Position numbers and translations under genes: made by a program. A stretch of DNA of 64,000 nt from Selaginella moellendorffii (taxonomy: Eukaryota > Plantae > Lycopodiophyta): the NCBI RefSeq assembly GCF_000143415.4, contig NW_003314337.1, positions 513,234 to 577,233 on the forward strand, given 5' to 3'. Positions within the stretch are counted from its first letter, which is position 1; every line of letters begins with the position of its first letter. The notes beneath the pieces were generated by a model. That model was not told the origin of the DNA. It saw only the letters and a program-made list of their open reading frames with translations, and searched no databases. Shown one piece after another: positions 63,601 through 64,000 of this stretch.

Positions 63601-64000
63601 ACGTGATAACCCTACAATCTGACGGCCAACATATTCACTGGGATGGCATGGGGCCCCACGCGATACTGCAAACCTTTGCTCCTCCTCCAGCTGAACCCTG
63701 TATGGGGTTCGATCGACAAGGGCCTTATGCAAGGGTTGGCCGTTCAGCTCAGTCTGCACACTTTGTAGAGACCTTAAGTGTTTTGCTAGGGACGCAATCA
63801 TCATGTTTGCACCCCCGCCACCCCATAGAGGTACAAAGAAGTTCCCATAGTTCTGGGCACCATGCCCATGAGCGATTATGCCAAACAGAGACACAGGCAG
63901 CTGCATGGATGAAGAGATTGCCTTGGGGGCAGGATTGAGTCGAGGTAAGCACGTCTTTTTCTGGTCCATTTTGTCGTGGATGATGCAGAGGTAAGAGTCA
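60622..64000 (-). pseudogene. DDE transposase (Sola-like), interrupted by a solo LTR; 5' end lies beyond the window
   Basis: Motifs IIHDKMDQ, LLLQTDNAGSENKN, FLMVGHTHEDVDAMFS. ORFs 63247-63969 and 60622-61518 join in frame once the LTR and one TSD copy are removed. Superfamily call is from motif recall. Confidence 0.8.
61541..63251 (+). mobile_element. Solo LTR, family A
   Basis: TGTGAGAC...GCTTACA flanked by TSD TGCCT (61536-61540, 63252-63256); no adjacent PBS or PPT. Confidence 0.96.

Overview
Eukaryotic plant genomic DNA. Very short introns (mostly ~50-70 bp), dense gene packing and a roadblock/LC7 dynein light chain point to a flagellate-sperm land plant, most likely a lycophyte such as Selaginella (inference, no database search). 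Layout: (1) 1-12.1 kb, nested LTR retrotransposons. (2) 12.2-31.6 kb, a gene island of about ten genes: ZIP metal transporter, an unknown conserved protein, roadblock/LC7, VMA21-like, CXIP4, F-box, an AP2/ERF that may start Met-Cys, a dehydrogenase-dehydrogenase-kinase-aldolase fusion, a GPI-type nsLTP and RIO1 kinase. (3) 33-41 kb, an inverted germin-like duplication with pseudogenes and microsatellites. (4) 43.3-64 kb, a second nest: a decayed Ty3/Gypsy with a tRNA-Ala-type PBS, a second LTR family, a complete non-coding LTR element, and a Sola-like DDE transposase split by a solo LTR. Most long ORFs in the supplied track come from stop-free 6/12-bp arrays inside the LTRs and are not genes. 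All coordinates were read by eye; splice sites are predictions.
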